From Alphaproteobacteria bacterium (lineage in GTDB: Bacteria; Pseudomonadota; Alphaproteobacteria; JAAXGF01), in the NCBI GenBank assembly GCA_963555825.3, contig CAUVXB020000001.1, forward strand, positions 1,312,001 through 1,376,000: a stretch of 64,000 nucleotides of DNA. Reading direction: 5' to 3'. Positions 40,432 to 50,739 of the stretch are shown here, piece by piece (position 1 is the stretch's first letter; every line of letters starts with the position of its first letter). The translations under genes were made by a program, and so were the position numbers. Under the pieces are notes generated by a model. That model was not told the DNA's origin. It made no database searches and saw only the letters and a list, made by a program, of their open reading frames with translations.

Positions 40432-42489
40432 ATGGCCCGCGATTCTCGTTACGATGTCCTGTTCGAGCCGGTTCGGATCGGCCCGGTGACGACCCGCAAC
40501 CGATTCTTCCAGGTGCCGCACTGCTGCGGCATGGGAACGCAATACCCCCACACCCAGGCGGTCATGCGCGGCGTCAAGGCCGAGGGCGGCTGGGGCGTCG
40601 TGTGTACCGAGGAGTGCATGTTCCACATGACCTCGGAGATCGCGCCCTATCCCAACCCGATGCTGTGCGACGATGCCGACATCCCGGCGATGGCGCTGAT
40701 CGCCGACGCGATCCACGAGCACGGCGCACTGGCCGGCACCGAGCTGGTGCACCACGGGCTGACGGCGATCAACCGCTACAGCCGCGAATTGCCGATCGGG
40801 CCGTCCGCGCTGCCAACCCTTTATGGCGATCCGGTCCACGCGCGGGCGATGGACAAGACCGACATCCGCGAGTTCCGCCGCTGGCACCGCAACGCGGCCA
40901 AGCGCGCCAAACAGGCCGGCTACGACGTCGTCTACGTTTACGCCGCGCACAACATCGCGCTGCCGATGCACTTCCTGGCCAAGCGCTACAATGACCGCAC
41001 CGACGAGTACGGCGGTTCGATGGAGAACCGCGCGCGGCTGATCCGCGAGCTCTTGGAAGAGACCAAGGACGCGATCGGCGATACCTGTGGCGTGGTCATC
41101 CGCTTCGCCGTCGACGAGCTGCTGGGCGAGCGGGGCATCACCAAGGAAAACGAGGGCCGCGAGGTCATCGAGATGCTCGCCGAACTGCCCGACATGTGGG
41201 ACGTCAACATTGCGAAATGGGAGAACGATTCGCAGACCTCGCGCTTCTCCGAGGAGGGCTTCCAGGAACCTTACATCGACTTCGTCAAGAAGCTGACGAC
41301 CAAGCCGGTGCTGGGCGTCGGCCGCTTCACCTCGCCCGATGCCATGGTCAGCCAAATCAATCGAGGCATCCTTGACCTGATCGGCGCGGCGCGGCCGTCG
41401 ATCGCCGATCCGTTCCTGCCCAAGAAGGTCGAGGAGGGCCGCATCGAGGACATCCGCGAGTGCATCGGCTGCAACTTCTGTGTCGGGACCAACAACACCG
41501 GCGCGCCGATGCGCTGCACCCAGAACCCGACGGTCGGTGAGGAATGGCGCCGCGATTGGCACCCCGAGGCGATTGCGCCTAAGGGCTCGGACGACAAGGT
41601 GCTGATCGTCGGCGCCGGACCCGCCGGGCTCGAGGCGGCGCGCGCGCTGGGCCAACGCGGCTACGAGGTGCATCTCGCCGAGGCGGCGGCCGAGATCGGC
41701 GGCCGGGTGACCGCCGAATCGGCCCTGCCCGGCCACGCCGCCTGGGCCCGCGTGCGCGACTATCGCGGCTATCAGATAAGCCAGATGGGCAACGTCTCGA
41801 TCTACCGCGAAAGCCGGATGAGCGCCGCCGAGGTGTGCGAGTTCGGCGCGCCCAACGTGGTCATCGCGACCGGCGCGCGGTGGCGCAAGGACGGCGTCGG
41901 CCGCAGCAACATGTTCCCGATCCCGGGCGCGGACGGCGCGAACGTGTTGAGCGCCGGCGAGGTGCTGGCCGGCGCCGCGGCCGAGGGCCCGGTCGTGCTC
42001 TACGACGACGACGGCTACTACCTGGGCGGCGCGCTCGCCGAGAAGCTCCGTTCCGCCGGCCACGCGGTGACCCTGGTGACGCCCGATACCCACGCCTCGG
42101 CCTGGTGCGATTACACGTTGGAGCACGACCGCATCCAGGCGCGCTTGATCGAGCTCGACATCGCCGTCGTGCCGAACCGCGAGCTTGCGGCGATCGACGC
42201 GGGCGGCGTCGAGATCGCCTGCATCTACAGCGGCGCGCGCGAACGGCTGGTTTGCCGCACGGTCGTCATCGCCGCCGGGCGGCTGCCCGACGACGACCTC
42301 TATCACGCGCTGATGTCCAACGCGGCCGCGCTGAGCGAGGCGGGCATCGCGTCGGTCACGCGGATCGGCGATTGCCTGGCGCCCGGCACGATCGCCGCGG
42401 CGGTTCACGGCGGCCACCGCTACGCCCGCGAACTCGACGGCCCGGCGATCGCCGATGTCGCGTTCCGGCGCGAACGCACCGCGCTCTAG
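40432..42489 (+). CDS. Trimethylamine/dimethylamine/histamine dehydrogenase-like Fe-S flavoprotein
   Basis: MARDSRYDVLFEP..RNRFFQVPHC (FMN-linked Cys position), YAAH, GVGRFTSPD, ECIGCNFC..CTQN, GAGPAG. Confidence 0.88.
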   Translation: MARDSRYDVLFEPVRIGPVTTRNRFFQVPHCCGMGTQYPHTQAVMRGVKAEGGWGVVCTEECMFHMTSEIAPYPNPMLCDDADIPAMALIADAIHEHGALAGTELVHHGLTAINRYSRELPIGPSALPTLYGDPVHARAMDKTDIREFRRWHRNAAKRAKQAGYDVVYVYAAHNIALPMHFLAKRYNDRTDEYGGSMENRARLIRELLEETKDAIGDTCGVVIRFAVDELLGERGITKENEGREVIEMLAELPDMWDVNIAKWENDSQTSRFSEEGFQEPYIDFVKKLTTKPVLGVGRFTSPDAMVSQINRGILDLIGAARPSIADPFLPKKVEEGRIEDIRECIGCNFCVGTNNTGAPMRCTQNPTVGEEWRRDWHPEAIAPKGSDDKVLIVGAGPAGLEAARALGQRGYEVHLAEAAAEIGGRVTAESALPGHAAWARVRDYRGYQISQMGNVSIYRESRMSAAEVCEFGAPNVVIATGARWRKDGVGRSNMFPIPGADGANVLSAGEVLAGAAAEGPVVLYDDDGYYLGGALAEKLRSAGHAVTLVTPDTHASAWCDYTLEHDRIQARLIELDIAVVPNRELAAIDAGGVEIACIYSGARERLVCRTVVIAAGRLPDDDLYHALMSNAAALSEAGIASVTRIGDCLAPGTIAAAVHGGHRYARELDGPAIADVAFRRERTAL

Positions 42490-42579
42490 CGGCGCCGGCC
42501 GGCGCGGGGCCGGGCCCCCACGCGGCGATTGCCCCCCTCTCAACGACACTCTCTACAAATGAAGTCAGACACCTTTTAA

Positions 42580-44221
42580 CCGACATTCCCCATATACCAT
42601 CCAAATTCGTGGAAATCGTACCACTTTCCCACCGCCAAGGGAACTGTATCCCCTATGCAGCCATCCGATGGCATGATTTTGGTAATCGGCCCGCGCTTGG
42701 AAGGCCACTCGGTCATTTTTCTCGCCATCCAGACACACCTCTCCTGTCGCTTTCTCCTCGCCGTCGATTCCCTCGGCCTACGCCGGAGCGGGTCTTCGTC
42801 GCAGATCATCAATCAAGCTCAGGATTTTCCGGAACAGGTCCCTCGGCACCGCCACCTCAGCCAATTGGAACGTAACGTAGCGGCCATGTCGGACAACCTT
42901 GGCCCCGATCTTCACCAGCTTGTCGCGCAACGTCGTCATCGACCAGTGCTCCACCTCCTTCGGCAAAGCCAGTGTCCTCATGAAGTTGCCCAGATTGTAG
43001 GCCAGGGCGTGAAGCTGGAGCCGAACGGCATTGTTGCGGAACTTGCGACATGACAGACGGGTCCAGTTGATGGCGTTCTTGCCTTCCTTGATGTGCTGCT
43101 CCGCCGTGCCACGGTGATTATAGAACGCCACCACCCGCTTGGTAGGGCGCGACAGATTAGTGACGATGAAACCGACGCGAGGAACCAGCTCGCCGGGGTG
43201 CCACTCCACTTTGGCCACGACACGGCGCTTCTTGTTCCACGATCCGGCCTGATAGCTGAAGCTGGCGTGGAAACGGCGAACATGGTCGGGCGGGCGACCG
43301 ACAGGTCGCGTAAGCAGATGGGCAATGTTCCGCTGGAGAATCGCGTTCGCTTTGAGGCGGATGACGTAGAGTAATCCCTCGGCTTCGAGATATTCGTATA
43401 TCTCCGGTGAGGCGAAGGCGGCATCGCCACGAAAATACAGCCGCACCTTCCTTTCCTTATAGCGCATCACCACCGGCTCCAGAACATTCCGCCATCCGTC
43501 GGCACTGTGAACATTACCGGGGCGCAGGGAACATCTCTCCAAGTCGCCGAACTGGTTGAACAGGAATAGCGGATGCTAGCAGGTACAGCCGAAGTGACCA
43601 TTGTACGCTGTTCCCTCTTGTTCGCCATGGGTCGGGCTGACGCTGCTGTCCATGTCGAGAATGATCATCTTCGGCGGATGGCGGTCATGAACCTTGTCGA
43701 TCCACACCCCGTTCATGTCGACCAAGGCTTCAACGTTCTCGTCGGTGGCCAATAGCTCCGTCTCGAAGCGTCCCATCTGGCTGGTGGAAGCGGCCTGTCT
43801 TTCGATGGCCTTGCCGCCAACAATCCAGCGCATGGCGGGATCGCGTCCCAGACGGTCGGCGTCGTTCACATCGTCATAGCCGCCAAGGCGCCCGAAAACG
43901 GACTGGCGAAACTGACCCGTCATGCCGTGCCATCCGTTCTTGCCGGTACGGCTATCCTGGAAAACACCCTCGGCCATCTCAGTCAGGCCGAGGGCATCGT
44001 CAAGCTCCCGGTAGGCGAGCAACCCGGCATCAGAGGTGATCTTGGAACCGTGGAATTCAAGCTTCAATCGACGGTCAAAAACGACCCGAAGGCACCCCGG
44101 TTTCGATTCACCCATCGGGTGTGCCATATCCGCCGCTCCATGTATGCTACAACTTCATGATTCTTATAGCAGAATCGCCTTCTCGCCGCACTGAATATCG
44201 ACGATACTTGGGAAATGCGGG
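42580..44221 (-). mobile_element. IS1380-family element; transposase 44127-42778 has an in-frame stop
   Basis: TSDAGLL, LDMDSS, RGDAAF, YNHRGTAEQHIKEGK; GCTC*HPL (TAG at 43576-43578); imperfect CC..GG IRs with TTAA-like flanks; ends approximate. Confidence 0.88.
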
Positions 44222-44347
44222 CTTAAGGGATATCCCTTTTTGTCCGGGGAACCTCCCTAAGCGACGCGCCGTCCCGGCTTTGGCGTGACCGCGGCGCCGT
44301 GACACGGTAGATAGACAGCACCGCAACCGCCCACCGAGGTCCCCGCC

Positions 44348-45268
44348 ATGCCGACGCCGCTTCCCAAATTCGTCTTCCTCGACGGCCAGATCGTTCCCTG
44401 GGACGACGCCAAGCTGCATGTCTTCTCGCCCGCCGTGAAATACGGCGCCGGCGTCTTCGAGGGGATTCGCGGCTATTGGAACGAAGACGAGAACCAGATG
44501 TACGTCTTCCGCGTCGCCGAACACCTCGCGCGGCTGCGCTATTCGCAGATCATGATGCGCTTCGACCGCGTCTTCGAGCCCGACGAGGTCGAACCGCCGA
44601 TGCTCGAGCTGATCCGGCGCAACGACCACCACGCGACGATCCACATCCGTCCGACCGTGTTTGTCGACGGCATCCAAGAATCGGCGGCGACGGGCCCGAT
44701 CGGCATGTTCATCACGACCTTCGTACGGCCCACGCCGGCCTATCTGCAGACCGGCTGCTCGGCGCAGGTCAGCTCGTGGCAGCGCCTCTCGGACCGCGCC
44801 ATGCCGGTGCGCGTCAAGGCCAACGCCAACTACAACAACTCGCGCTACGCCGGTATCCAGGCGCGCAACGACGGCTACGACACGGCGATCATGCTCAACG
44901 ACCGCGGCCAGGTCTCCGAAGGCCCCGGCATGTGCCTGTTCATCGTGCGCAGCGGCCGGCCGCTGACGCCGTCGGTCACCGCCGACATCCTGGAGAGCAT
45001 CACGCGCGACGCGGTGATCGAGATTCTCGAGGCCGACTTTGGGCTCACGACCGCGGAGCGCGAGATCGGCCGCAGCGAGCTTTACGCGGCCGAAGAGGCG
45101 TTCTTCTGCGGCACCGCCTGGGAGGTCACGCCGATCACCAGCATCGACGGCCTGGCGGTCGGCGACGGCCAGGTCGGCCCGATCACAAAGCGCCTGCAGG
45201 ACCGTTATTTCGACATCGTCCACGGCCACGTCGCCGACGACCGCGGCTGGCTGACACCGGTCTACTAG
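44348..45268 (+). CDS. Class IV PLP aminotransferase (branched-chain amino acid type)
   Basis: YGAGVFEGIR, KANANYNNS, SEGPG, LESITR, EAFFCGTAWEVTPI. Confidence 0.88.
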   Translation: MPTPLPKFVFLDGQIVPWDDAKLHVFSPAVKYGAGVFEGIRGYWNEDENQMYVFRVAEHLARLRYSQIMMRFDRVFEPDEVEPPMLELIRRNDHHATIHIRPTVFVDGIQESAATGPIGMFITTFVRPTPAYLQTGCSAQVSSWQRLSDRAMPVRVKANANYNNSRYAGIQARNDGYDTAIMLNDRGQVSEGPGMCLFIVRSGRPLTPSVTADILESITRDAVIEILEADFGLTTAEREIGRSELYAAEEAFFCGTAWEVTPITSIDGLAVGDGQVGPITKRLQDRYFDIVHGHVADDRGWLTPVY

Positions 45269-45282
45269 CGGGCGGGCTTCCA

Positions 45283-46212
45283 GTGGGCAATACGGCCAGC
45301 GGCGAGACCGCGGCCGCCGCGCCAGCCGCGGGCGCGCGGCTCGTGCTCGGCAGCCTGGTCGCGCTCGGCTCGGCGGTCACCTTCGCGCTCAACATGGCGC
45401 TGGCGCGCATCGCCTACGACGCGGGCGGCAACATCCATGCGCTCAACCTCACGCGCGCCTTGCTGTTCCTCGTCTGCCTGGCCGCGTTCCTGCGCCTCGC
45501 CGGCCGGCCGATCGGCATGCCGCGCCGCGCGGTGGTTTTCAGCCTGCTGCTCGGCGCCCTGTTGTGCCTCGAGATGTATCTGCTGCTCGGCGCCATCCTG
45601 TTCATCCCGGTCTCGCTGACCATCCTGATCCTCTACACCTACCCGCTGATGCTCGCCGCGGTGACTTGGGCGACCGGGCGCGAGCCGGCGTCGCCGGCGC
45701 GTTTCGCGGCGCTGTTCGCCGCCTTCGTCGGCTTGGGCCTGGCGCTCGCCGCGCCGGCCACCGCGCTCGACTGGCGCGGCCTCGCGATCGCCGGCTGCTC
45801 GGCGGTGACGCTGGCGACCATCCTGATGGTCAGCGAGCGCACCATGGCGGGCCGCGACAACCGCGTCGTCATGCTCTACATGATGATCGCCGCCTCGGGC
45901 CTGATCGCAGCGCTCTCGCTCACCATGGTCGAGCTCGCCTGGCCGGCGGGCACGACCGGCTGGCTCGCCTTCGCCGGCTCGACCGGATCTTACGTGGTGG
46001 CGACCTTCTGCCTGTTCACCGCGGTCTCGATGATCGGCCCGCTGCGCACCGCGGCGATCGACAACACCACGCCGGTCTGGTCGGTGCTGTTCGGCCTGTG
46101 GCTGATCGGCGAGACCCTGGCGCCGCGCCAGCTGCTCGGCATCGCACTCGTCGTCGGCGCGCTGATCGTCCTACAATTCCTGCAACGCCCACGCCGCCCG
46201 ATGCACGGGTAG
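45283..46212 (+). CDS. DMT/EamA family transporter
   Basis: About ten hydrophobic segments, LYTYPL, GETL; start uncertain. Confidence 0.82.
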   Translation: MGNTASGETAAAAPAAGARLVLGSLVALGSAVTFALNMALARIAYDAGGNIHALNLTRALLFLVCLAAFLRLAGRPIGMPRRAVVFSLLLGALLCLEMYLLLGAILFIPVSLTILILYTYPLMLAAVTWATGREPASPARFAALFAAFVGLGLALAAPATALDWRGLAIAGCSAVTLATILMVSERTMAGRDNRVVMLYMMIAASGLIAALSLTMVELAWPAGTTGWLAFAGSTGSYVVATFCLFTAVSMIGPLRTAAIDNTTPVWSVLFGLWLIGETLAPRQLLGIALVVGALIVLQFLQRPRRPMHG

Positions 46213-46250
46213 GGGGCTCGGCAGGTTCATCTATACGGGAGACCCGCGAC

Positions 46251-46646
46251 ATGATCGTAAGACGGCTCGACGAACTCAGGGAGACCGACGCGGCGGCCAA
46301 GGTCGCGGGCGGCACGGTCGATGTGGTGCGCTACTTGCTCGCCGCCGACGGCGCGGGCTTCAGCGTCTCGGACGTCGTCGCGCCGGCCGGCAGCGAGAGC
46401 ACCCTGCAATACAAGAACCACGTCGAGGCCAACCTGGTGCTCGAGGGCGAAGGGACGGTCGAGGACCTGGCGACCGGCGAGGTCCACGCGCTCGCGCCGG
46501 GCACCCTGTACGTCGTCTACCCGACCGACCGGCACGTCGTGCGCGCGATTACCGACGTCCGCTTAATCAGTATCTTCAACCCGCCGATCGTCGGCGACGA
46601 GACCCACGACGCCGACGGCGGCTACCCCGCCGCGCCGGCCGCTTGA
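46251..46646 (+). CDS. ectC: Ectoine synthase-like cupin (orphan)
   Basis: MIVRRL, LLAADGAGFS, YKNHVEA..EGEG, PGTLY, DRH, FNPPIVGDETHD..GGY. Confidence 0.8.
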   Translation: MIVRRLDELRETDAAAKVAGGTVDVVRYLLAADGAGFSVSDVVAPAGSESTLQYKNHVEANLVLEGEGTVEDLATGEVHALAPGTLYVVYPTDRHVVRAITDVRLISIFNPPIVGDETHDADGGYPAAPAA

Positions 46647-46679
46647 GCCCCGCCTCTCGACGGCGCCCGCTGGCGTGCT

Positions 46680-47195
46680 ATGGTGATCGCCAGCCGGGTC
46701 TGTAAACCGGAGGATTTGGGTCTGAGCAAGCTCCAGGCGGCGGTTATCGCCGGCCTGATTTTCATGGTCGTGCTCGTCATGGGGCTGGCCGCGATCGGGC
46801 ATTTCACGCAGAACAACGGGCGGGTCACGATGACGCCGACCGAACTCGCGCCGTTGGACATGACGGTCGGTCAGATGCTCGACAAGCTCGCCACGACGGC
46901 CAACGACATGAAGGGCGAGAAGGTCGCCGCCAACGTCGCCGTCATCGGCGCGCGGGTCAAGGACGGCGCGCGCCTGACCTATTTCTATGCAATCACCAAC
47001 GGCTCGGACGGCCAGATCGACACCACGGCCGCACAGGAGATCGCCGAGAAACTCGCGCGCAAGGTCTGCCGGGACCGCATCTCACGCGCCGCGATCGACG
47101 GCGGCGGACTGATCGTTTTCGACTACCGCGGAACCGAAGGCGAAACGGTCACCAAGATCAAGGTCGACCGCGCGGCCTGCACCGCGGTCATGTAG
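46680..47195 (+). CDS. Hypothetical single-pass membrane protein
   Basis: One TM segment, host-like codon usage, no motif recognised; start uncertain. Confidence 0.6.
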   Translation: MVIASRVCKPEDLGLSKLQAAVIAGLIFMVVLVMGLAAIGHFTQNNGRVTMTPTELAPLDMTVGQMLDKLATTANDMKGEKVAANVAVIGARVKDGARLTYFYAITNGSDGQIDTTAAQEIAEKLARKVCRDRISRAAIDGGGLIVFDYRGTEGETVTKIKVDRAACTAVM

Positions 47196-47258
47196 CGTAT
47201 CGTTCGGTGGCAGACTGATTCCAAGGATCAGGCGCCGCCGCCAACCGCCCCGAAAAGA

Positions 47259-48605
47259 TCAGCCAAGCACCGCCTTGGTCGCCTCGGCGAGGATCTCGAC
47301 GCAGCGGTCGATGTTCGCCTCGGTCGTCACGATCGGCGGCGCGATCTGATAGACGTCGCCGCGTGTGCGGCTGAACAATCCGCGCGTGATACCCTCGGCG
47401 TGGATCCGGGGGCCGACTGCCTTGGCCGCGTCGAACGGCGCCTTGGTCGCGCGGTCCTCGACGTACTCGATGCCGCACATCAGCCCCAGGCCGCGGACCT
47501 CGCCGACGTTCGGGTGATCGCCCAGCGCATCGCGCAAGCCGTTCAGCAGGCGCGCGCCCTTGCTCGCGGCCTGGCCTGGAAAGTCCTCGCCCTCGACGAT
47601 GTCGAGCATGGCGAGCGCCACCGCGCAGCCGGTCGGGTGCGCGCTGTAGGTATAGGCGTGCATCCAGGCCTGGCCGCTCTCGAGAATGACGTCGGCGACC
47701 GCATCGCTCATGCCGATGCCGCCGAGCGGGAAGTAGCCCGAGGTGATCGCCTTGGCGAACTGGATCAGGTCGGGCTCGACGCCCCAATGCTCGAGGCCGA
47801 ACATCGTGCCGGTCCGCCCGAAGCCGGTGATCACCTCGTCCGACACGAACAGCACGTCGTACTCGGTGCAGATCTCGCGGATGCGCGGGAAGTAGTCGTC
47901 CTGCGGCACGATGACGCCGCCGGCGCCCTGCACCGGCTCGGCGATGAACATCGCCACCGTGTCGGGGCCCTCGGCGAGAATTGCCTTCTCCAGCTCGTCG
48001 GCCGCGGCGATGCCCTGGCTGGCCGCGCCTTCGGGCGCCTCGTAGCGATAGGGGTAGGGCGTCGGGATATGGCTGAAGCCGGGGATGCGCGGCTCGAACA
48101 TCGTCCAATAGGGCTCGATGCCGGTGCAGCACATGGCGGCCAGCGTGGTGCCGTGATAGCCCCAGATGCGCGAGATCACCTTGGTCTTGTTCGGCTTGCC
48201 CATCAGCTTCCAATAGTGCCGCGCGAGCTTGATGTTCGAATCGGTCGCCTCGCCACCGCCCGAGGTGAAGTAGAAACGGTTGATGCTCGGGTAGCAGATG
48301 GCGGCCAGCCGTTCGGCCAACTCGATGGCGCGCGGGTTCGAACTGCCGGTGTAGCCCGAGGCGTAGGCCATTTCCTGCATCTGCTTGTAGGCCGCCTCGG
48401 CCAGCTCTCGTCGGCCGTTGCCGGCGGTGTTGTTCCACAGCCCCGACAGGCCGTCGATGAACCGGCCGCCGTTGGCGTCGATCAGGATTTCGCCCTCGCC
48501 GCCGACCCACACCTTGCCGCCAGCGTGTGCGGCGGGGTTGTGCAGGGGATGAATCAGATGGGCGGCGTCACGCTCGATCATGACGGTTTCGGTATCGTTC
48601 AGCAT
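47259..48605 (-). CDS. Class III PLP aminotransferase (omega-amino acid/polyamine type)
   Basis: DGLSGLW, GYHGTT, FIAEPVQGAGG, DEVITGFGRTG, FAKAITSGY. Confidence 0.92.
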   Translation of the reverse strand: MLNDTETVMIERDAAHLIHPLHNPAAHAGGKVWVGGEGEILIDANGGRFIDGLSGLWNNTAGNGRRELAEAAYKQMQEMAYASGYTGSSNPRAIELAERLAAICYPSINRFYFTSGGGEATDSNIKLARHYWKLMGKPNKTKVISRIWGYHGTTLAAMCCTGIEPYWTMFEPRIPGFSHIPTPYPYRYEAPEGAASQGIAAADELEKAILAEGPDTVAMFIAEPVQGAGGVIVPQDDYFPRIREICTEYDVLFVSDEVITGFGRTGTMFGLEHWGVEPDLIQFAKAITSGYFPLGGIGMSDAVADVILESGQAWMHAYTYSAHPTGCAVALAMLDIVEGEDFPGQAASKGARLLNGLRDALGDHPNVGEVRGLGLMCGIEYVEDRATKAPFDAAKAVGPRIHAEGITRGLFSRTRGDVYQIAPPIVTTEANIDRCVEILAEATKAVLG

Positions 48606-48952
48606 GGCGGCGGACTCCTGGTGTTTCGTGGTCGTCGGCTCCCTCGCGTCGTCCCAGGGGAGGGCCGGCCGGCGGAAAGAGATGTTCGCAATTCCGAAGA
48701 CAGATACTTAACAGACAATGGCCGGCACAGCCAAATCAGGGCAGCTATGCGCGCAGCGAGGACGCGACTTGACCATTGGTGCGGTCACCTTCGGTGACCT
48801 GCGCTCAATCGCCGCGCATGCCAATCTTTATCCCACAAGGCCAATGTTAGTCCCACAAGAATTGGCCGAACGGTCGGCGGCCCCCCTCTTGTCCCAATAA
48901 GACTGGCACGGGCTGAAGTAATTCGACCGATTCCAATCGCTCGAATTATGCT

Positions 48953-49375
48953 CTAACGCTCCCAGCGGAACTTGCGCTCGGATTCGTCGATCGGCAGATC
49001 GTTGATGCTCGCCTGGCGCCAGCTCATCAGGCCGTTGTCGGCGAACTCCCAGTTCTCGTTGCCTTAGGCCCGAAACCAGTAGCCGCCGTCGTCGTGGTAC
49101 TCGTACTCGAAGGTCACGGCGATCCGGTTGCCGGCGAAGCACCAGAGCTTCTTCCTGAGGCGGTAATCGAGCTCGCGGTCCCACTTGCGGGTCAGGAATT
49201 CGACGATCTTGTCGCGCCCGGTGAAGAACTCGGCGCGGTTGCGCCACACCGAATCGGTCGTATAGGCGAACGACACGCGCTCGGGATCGCGCGTGTTCCA
49301 GCCGTCCTCGGCCGCCTGCACCTTGGCGGCCGCCGTCTCTTCGGTGAATGGCGGCAGCGGCGGTCGTTCTTCCAT
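48953..49375 (-). pseudogene. DUF1348 / NTF2-like protein with in-frame stop
   Basis: [38 protein letters not shown]; TAA at 49064-49066 where Tyr is expected. Confidence 0.85.
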
Positions 49376-49420
49376 CTGATACTCCTCTTATTTGTCTTTC
49401 CCCCTCGTTGCGGTAGGGCC

Positions 49421-50725
49421 CTAGCGCGCCAGGCGATCGCGCATCCGGTAGTAGGCGACGGCGCCGGCCAGGAACCACGGCTTGCCGCCGTAGAACGGCC
49501 GGGTCTGGAGCGGCATGTCGTCGAACGCCGTCGCGCCGGCGGTGTCGCCGAGCACCTTGAGGCCGGCCTTGTGGCCGAGATAGCTGCCCATGGCGACGCC
49601 CGAACCACAGTAACCCATCGCGTAGTGCATGCCGTCGCGGACGCCGACATGCGGTATCTTGTCGAAGGTGTAGGCGACGAAGCCCATCCACGAATGGCTG
49701 ATCTTGACCTCGGCGAGCTCGGGGTGAATGCCGCTCATCACCGCGTGCAGCCTGGGGCCGCTGACCAGCGGGTCGGTCTCGGCCAGCGCGACGCGGCCGC
49801 CGAACACGATGCGCGTGCGGTCGGGCGAGGCGCGCCAGTAGAGCACGACGCGGCGCGAATCGTTGAGCACCCGGTTCTTCGGCATAAGCCGGTCGATCAG
49901 CCCGGGCGCCAGCGGCTCGGTCGCGATCATGTAGCTGCCGATCGGAATCACGCGGCGCGCGAAACCGGGCAGGATAGCGCTCTGGTTGGTGTAGCCGTTG
50001 GTCGCGACGACGACATCGCGTGCCGCCATCGCGCCGCGCGGGGTGGTCACCTCGAAGCCCGTTTGCGTGCGCTCGACGCGCGTTACCGGGGTATGCGCGG
50101 CGACCGCGACGCCGGCCGACATGGCGCGCGCCAGAAGGCCGCGATGATAGCGCGCCGGGTGCACCGCGGCGTGGTTCGCGATGACGCCGCCGCCATGGTA
50201 CAGGTCCGAGCCGATCTCGTTGTGCTGCTCGGCCTTGGGCACGGCGTAGCACTCGATGCCCAGTTCGCGATTGAGCATCTCGAAGTCGCGCGCCATCGCG
50301 TCATACTTGCCTGGCGTGTGCGCGCCGACGAAGCGGCCGGGCCGGATCAGATCGCATTCGATCTGCTCGCGCTCGATAAAATCGACGAGATATTCGAGCG
50401 AGGCCAGCGCGTCACCGTACATCGCCTTGGCGCGCGCGCCGCCATAGCGCCTGGTCAGCCCGTCGAGCCCCGGCTTGAGGCTGGCGCCGCACTGCCCGCC
50501 GTTGCGCGAGCTGCAGCCCCAGCCGGCGTCCTCGGCGTCGAATACGATGACGCTGCGCCCCTCGCGCGCGACCGTCAACGCGGCTGACAGGCCGGTGTAT
50601 CCCGAGCCGACGACGGCGACGTCGGCGCTCTTGGGCTGCACCGGCTCGGGCAGATCGGGCGGCGGCGACTGGTCGAGCCAATAGGCCTCGAGCTTGTGAT
50701 CATCGGCGAACAACGGATGGACCAT
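49421..50725 (-). CDS. FAD-dependent oxidoreductase (DAO / PuuB-like)
   Basis: GSGYTGLS, GCSSRNGG, VATNGYT, GYCGSGV. Confidence 0.88.
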   Translation of the reverse strand: MVHPLFADDHKLEAYWLDQSPPPDLPEPVQPKSADVAVVGSGYTGLSAALTVAREGRSVIVFDAEDAGWGCSSRNGGQCGASLKPGLDGLTRRYGGARAKAMYGDALASLEYLVDFIEREQIECDLIRPGRFVGAHTPGKYDAMARDFEMLNRELGIECYAVPKAEQHNEIGSDLYHGGGVIANHAAVHPARYHRGLLARAMSAGVAVAAHTPVTRVERTQTGFEVTTPRGAMAARDVVVATNGYTNQSAILPGFARRVIPIGSYMIATEPLAPGLIDRLMPKNRVLNDSRRVVLYWRASPDRTRIVFGGRVALAETDPLVSGPRLHAVMSGIHPELAEVKISHSWMGFVAYTFDKIPHVGVRDGMHYAMGYCGSGVAMGSYLGHKAGLKVLGDTAGATAFDDMPLQTRPFYGGKPWFLAGAVAYYRMRDRLAR

Positions 50726-50739
50726 TCCATTCGGCTCCT

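Noticed and set aside
47215-47231. CCAAGGATCAG match to the MITE TIR
   Set aside because: Only 11 bp, without the TA or the rest of the TIR; fits a small hairpin between convergent genes
39356-49066. Stop-codon recoding (for example pyrrolysine) at the in-frame stops
   Set aside because: Stops are mixed TAG and TAA, each one substitution from the expected Glu or Tyr codon, and many intact genes here end in TAG
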